This document shows positions 63,050 to 64,000 of a stretch of 64,000 nucleotides of DNA, one piece after another. Positions within the stretch are counted from its first letter, which is position 1; each line of letters opens with the position of its first letter. The position numbers were made by a program, and so were the translations under genes. Source of the DNA: Mobula hypostoma. Taxonomy: Eukaryota. The stretch covers positions 155,310,001 to 155,374,000 of the forward strand of contig NC_086098.1 in assembly GCF_963921235.1 (NCBI RefSeq). Direction: 5' to 3'. The notes under the pieces were generated by a model. The model had not been told where the DNA came from. It searched no databases and saw nothing but the letters and a program-made list of their open reading frames with translations.

Positions 63050-64000
63050 TGGATGGTTGTCTCTCGGGGTGCTAGGAAGACTAAACATTGTGCAGTCATC
63101 TGGATACGCATGTGACTTCAGAGGCTGAAGGCCGAAGCACACACGTGGTTGCAGGTTGGACGTGGAATGGCGGTTGTTAGAACAGATGCATTCACAGCTT
63201 TGTGGCATCGGTCTCGTGCTGCTGCAAGGTGCTGATTTTGGTCATCCTCAAAGTCAGATGCAGCTTTTCTGGTCGGGGCGTGCCACGCATTCCTGTCGGC
63301 TGCGGACTGCTGAAGTTGTCGAGGCTGGAGGTCTGCGCATTTGATGTATGATTTCAAATTGTCTTTGAATATTTTTTTGGGGCGGCCCTGATTGCAACTG
63401 CCATGCTCAAGCTCACCGTAGAGCAGCTGCCTGGGGTTTCTTGTTTCACCCATGCAGATTACATGGCCAGTACAGCGTAGCTGGGCCTGGAGGATCCTTG
63501 CCTCAGTGCTTGTGCTGTTGGCTCTGTCAAGGACTTCCTGGTTGGTGATTCGGTCCTCCCATTGAATCCTCATGATCGACCGCAGAGAGCACATGTGAAA
63601 CTGCTCCAGCTGTTTGATGTGCTTGTGCTACAGGGTCCAGGTTTCGCAGCTGTACAGGAGAGAGGTGAGGACCACAGCCTTGTACATCTTGAGCCTGGTT
63701 GAAAGCTGAATATCCTTGTGCTCCAGAACTTTGACATGGAGTTTCCCCGAGTACCTGGCTGGCTTTCTGGATCCTTGCTATGATCTCTTTATCAAGGGAT
63801 CCGTCACTGGAGATGGTGCTTCCTAGATACTTGAAGCTCTCCACATTCTTCAGGACAGTGCCGTCGATGGTGATGCATGGCTGAGGAGGGCAACTGTTTG
63901 GTGCAGGTTGTAGGAGAACTGCTGTCTTACCGAGGCTGATTGTCAGGCCGAACAGCTTTGAGGCTGCAGAGAACTTGTCGACAATCGTCTGCAGGTGGTT
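63050..64000 (-). mobile_element. RTE-clade LINE ORF2 3' part, inserted in the Tc1 TIR and continuing past the window edge
   Basis: FKYLGSTIS.DG.LD.EI..RI.KAS, W.DRITN.EVL.RA, P.QLLYGEL..G....GRP. Confidence 0.9.

Noticed and set aside
57263-64000. HIRA exon 2 (KPIFSVDIHPDG..)
   Set aside because: Not found by eye; intron 1 apparently extends past the window.

Overview
AT-rich, repeat-dense vertebrate DNA. The repeat set (CR1, Rex1/Babar-like, Penelope, V-SINE, Tc1) suggests a cartilaginous fish, probably a ray (inference). Host genes reproduce the human 22q11.2 block: complete C22orf39 (+, 3 exons, 105 aa), complete MRPL40 (-, 4 exons, 194 aa) and HIRA coding exon 1 (+), head-to-head with MRPL40. 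Most of the remainder is nested, decayed transposons. The most striking non-genic signal is a Penelope-like element (PLE) family carrying minimal hammerhead-ribozyme (HHR) motifs. It occurs as (i) TSD-flanked fold-back insertions of about 0.12, 1.5 and 3 kb, and (ii) ~90-100 bp 'ribozyme + tail' micro-insertions. These copies share a preferred internal 3' junction, and an arm-specific haplotype segregates with arm length rather than with locus. Repeat boundaries were read by eye and are approximate unless a TSD is quoted.
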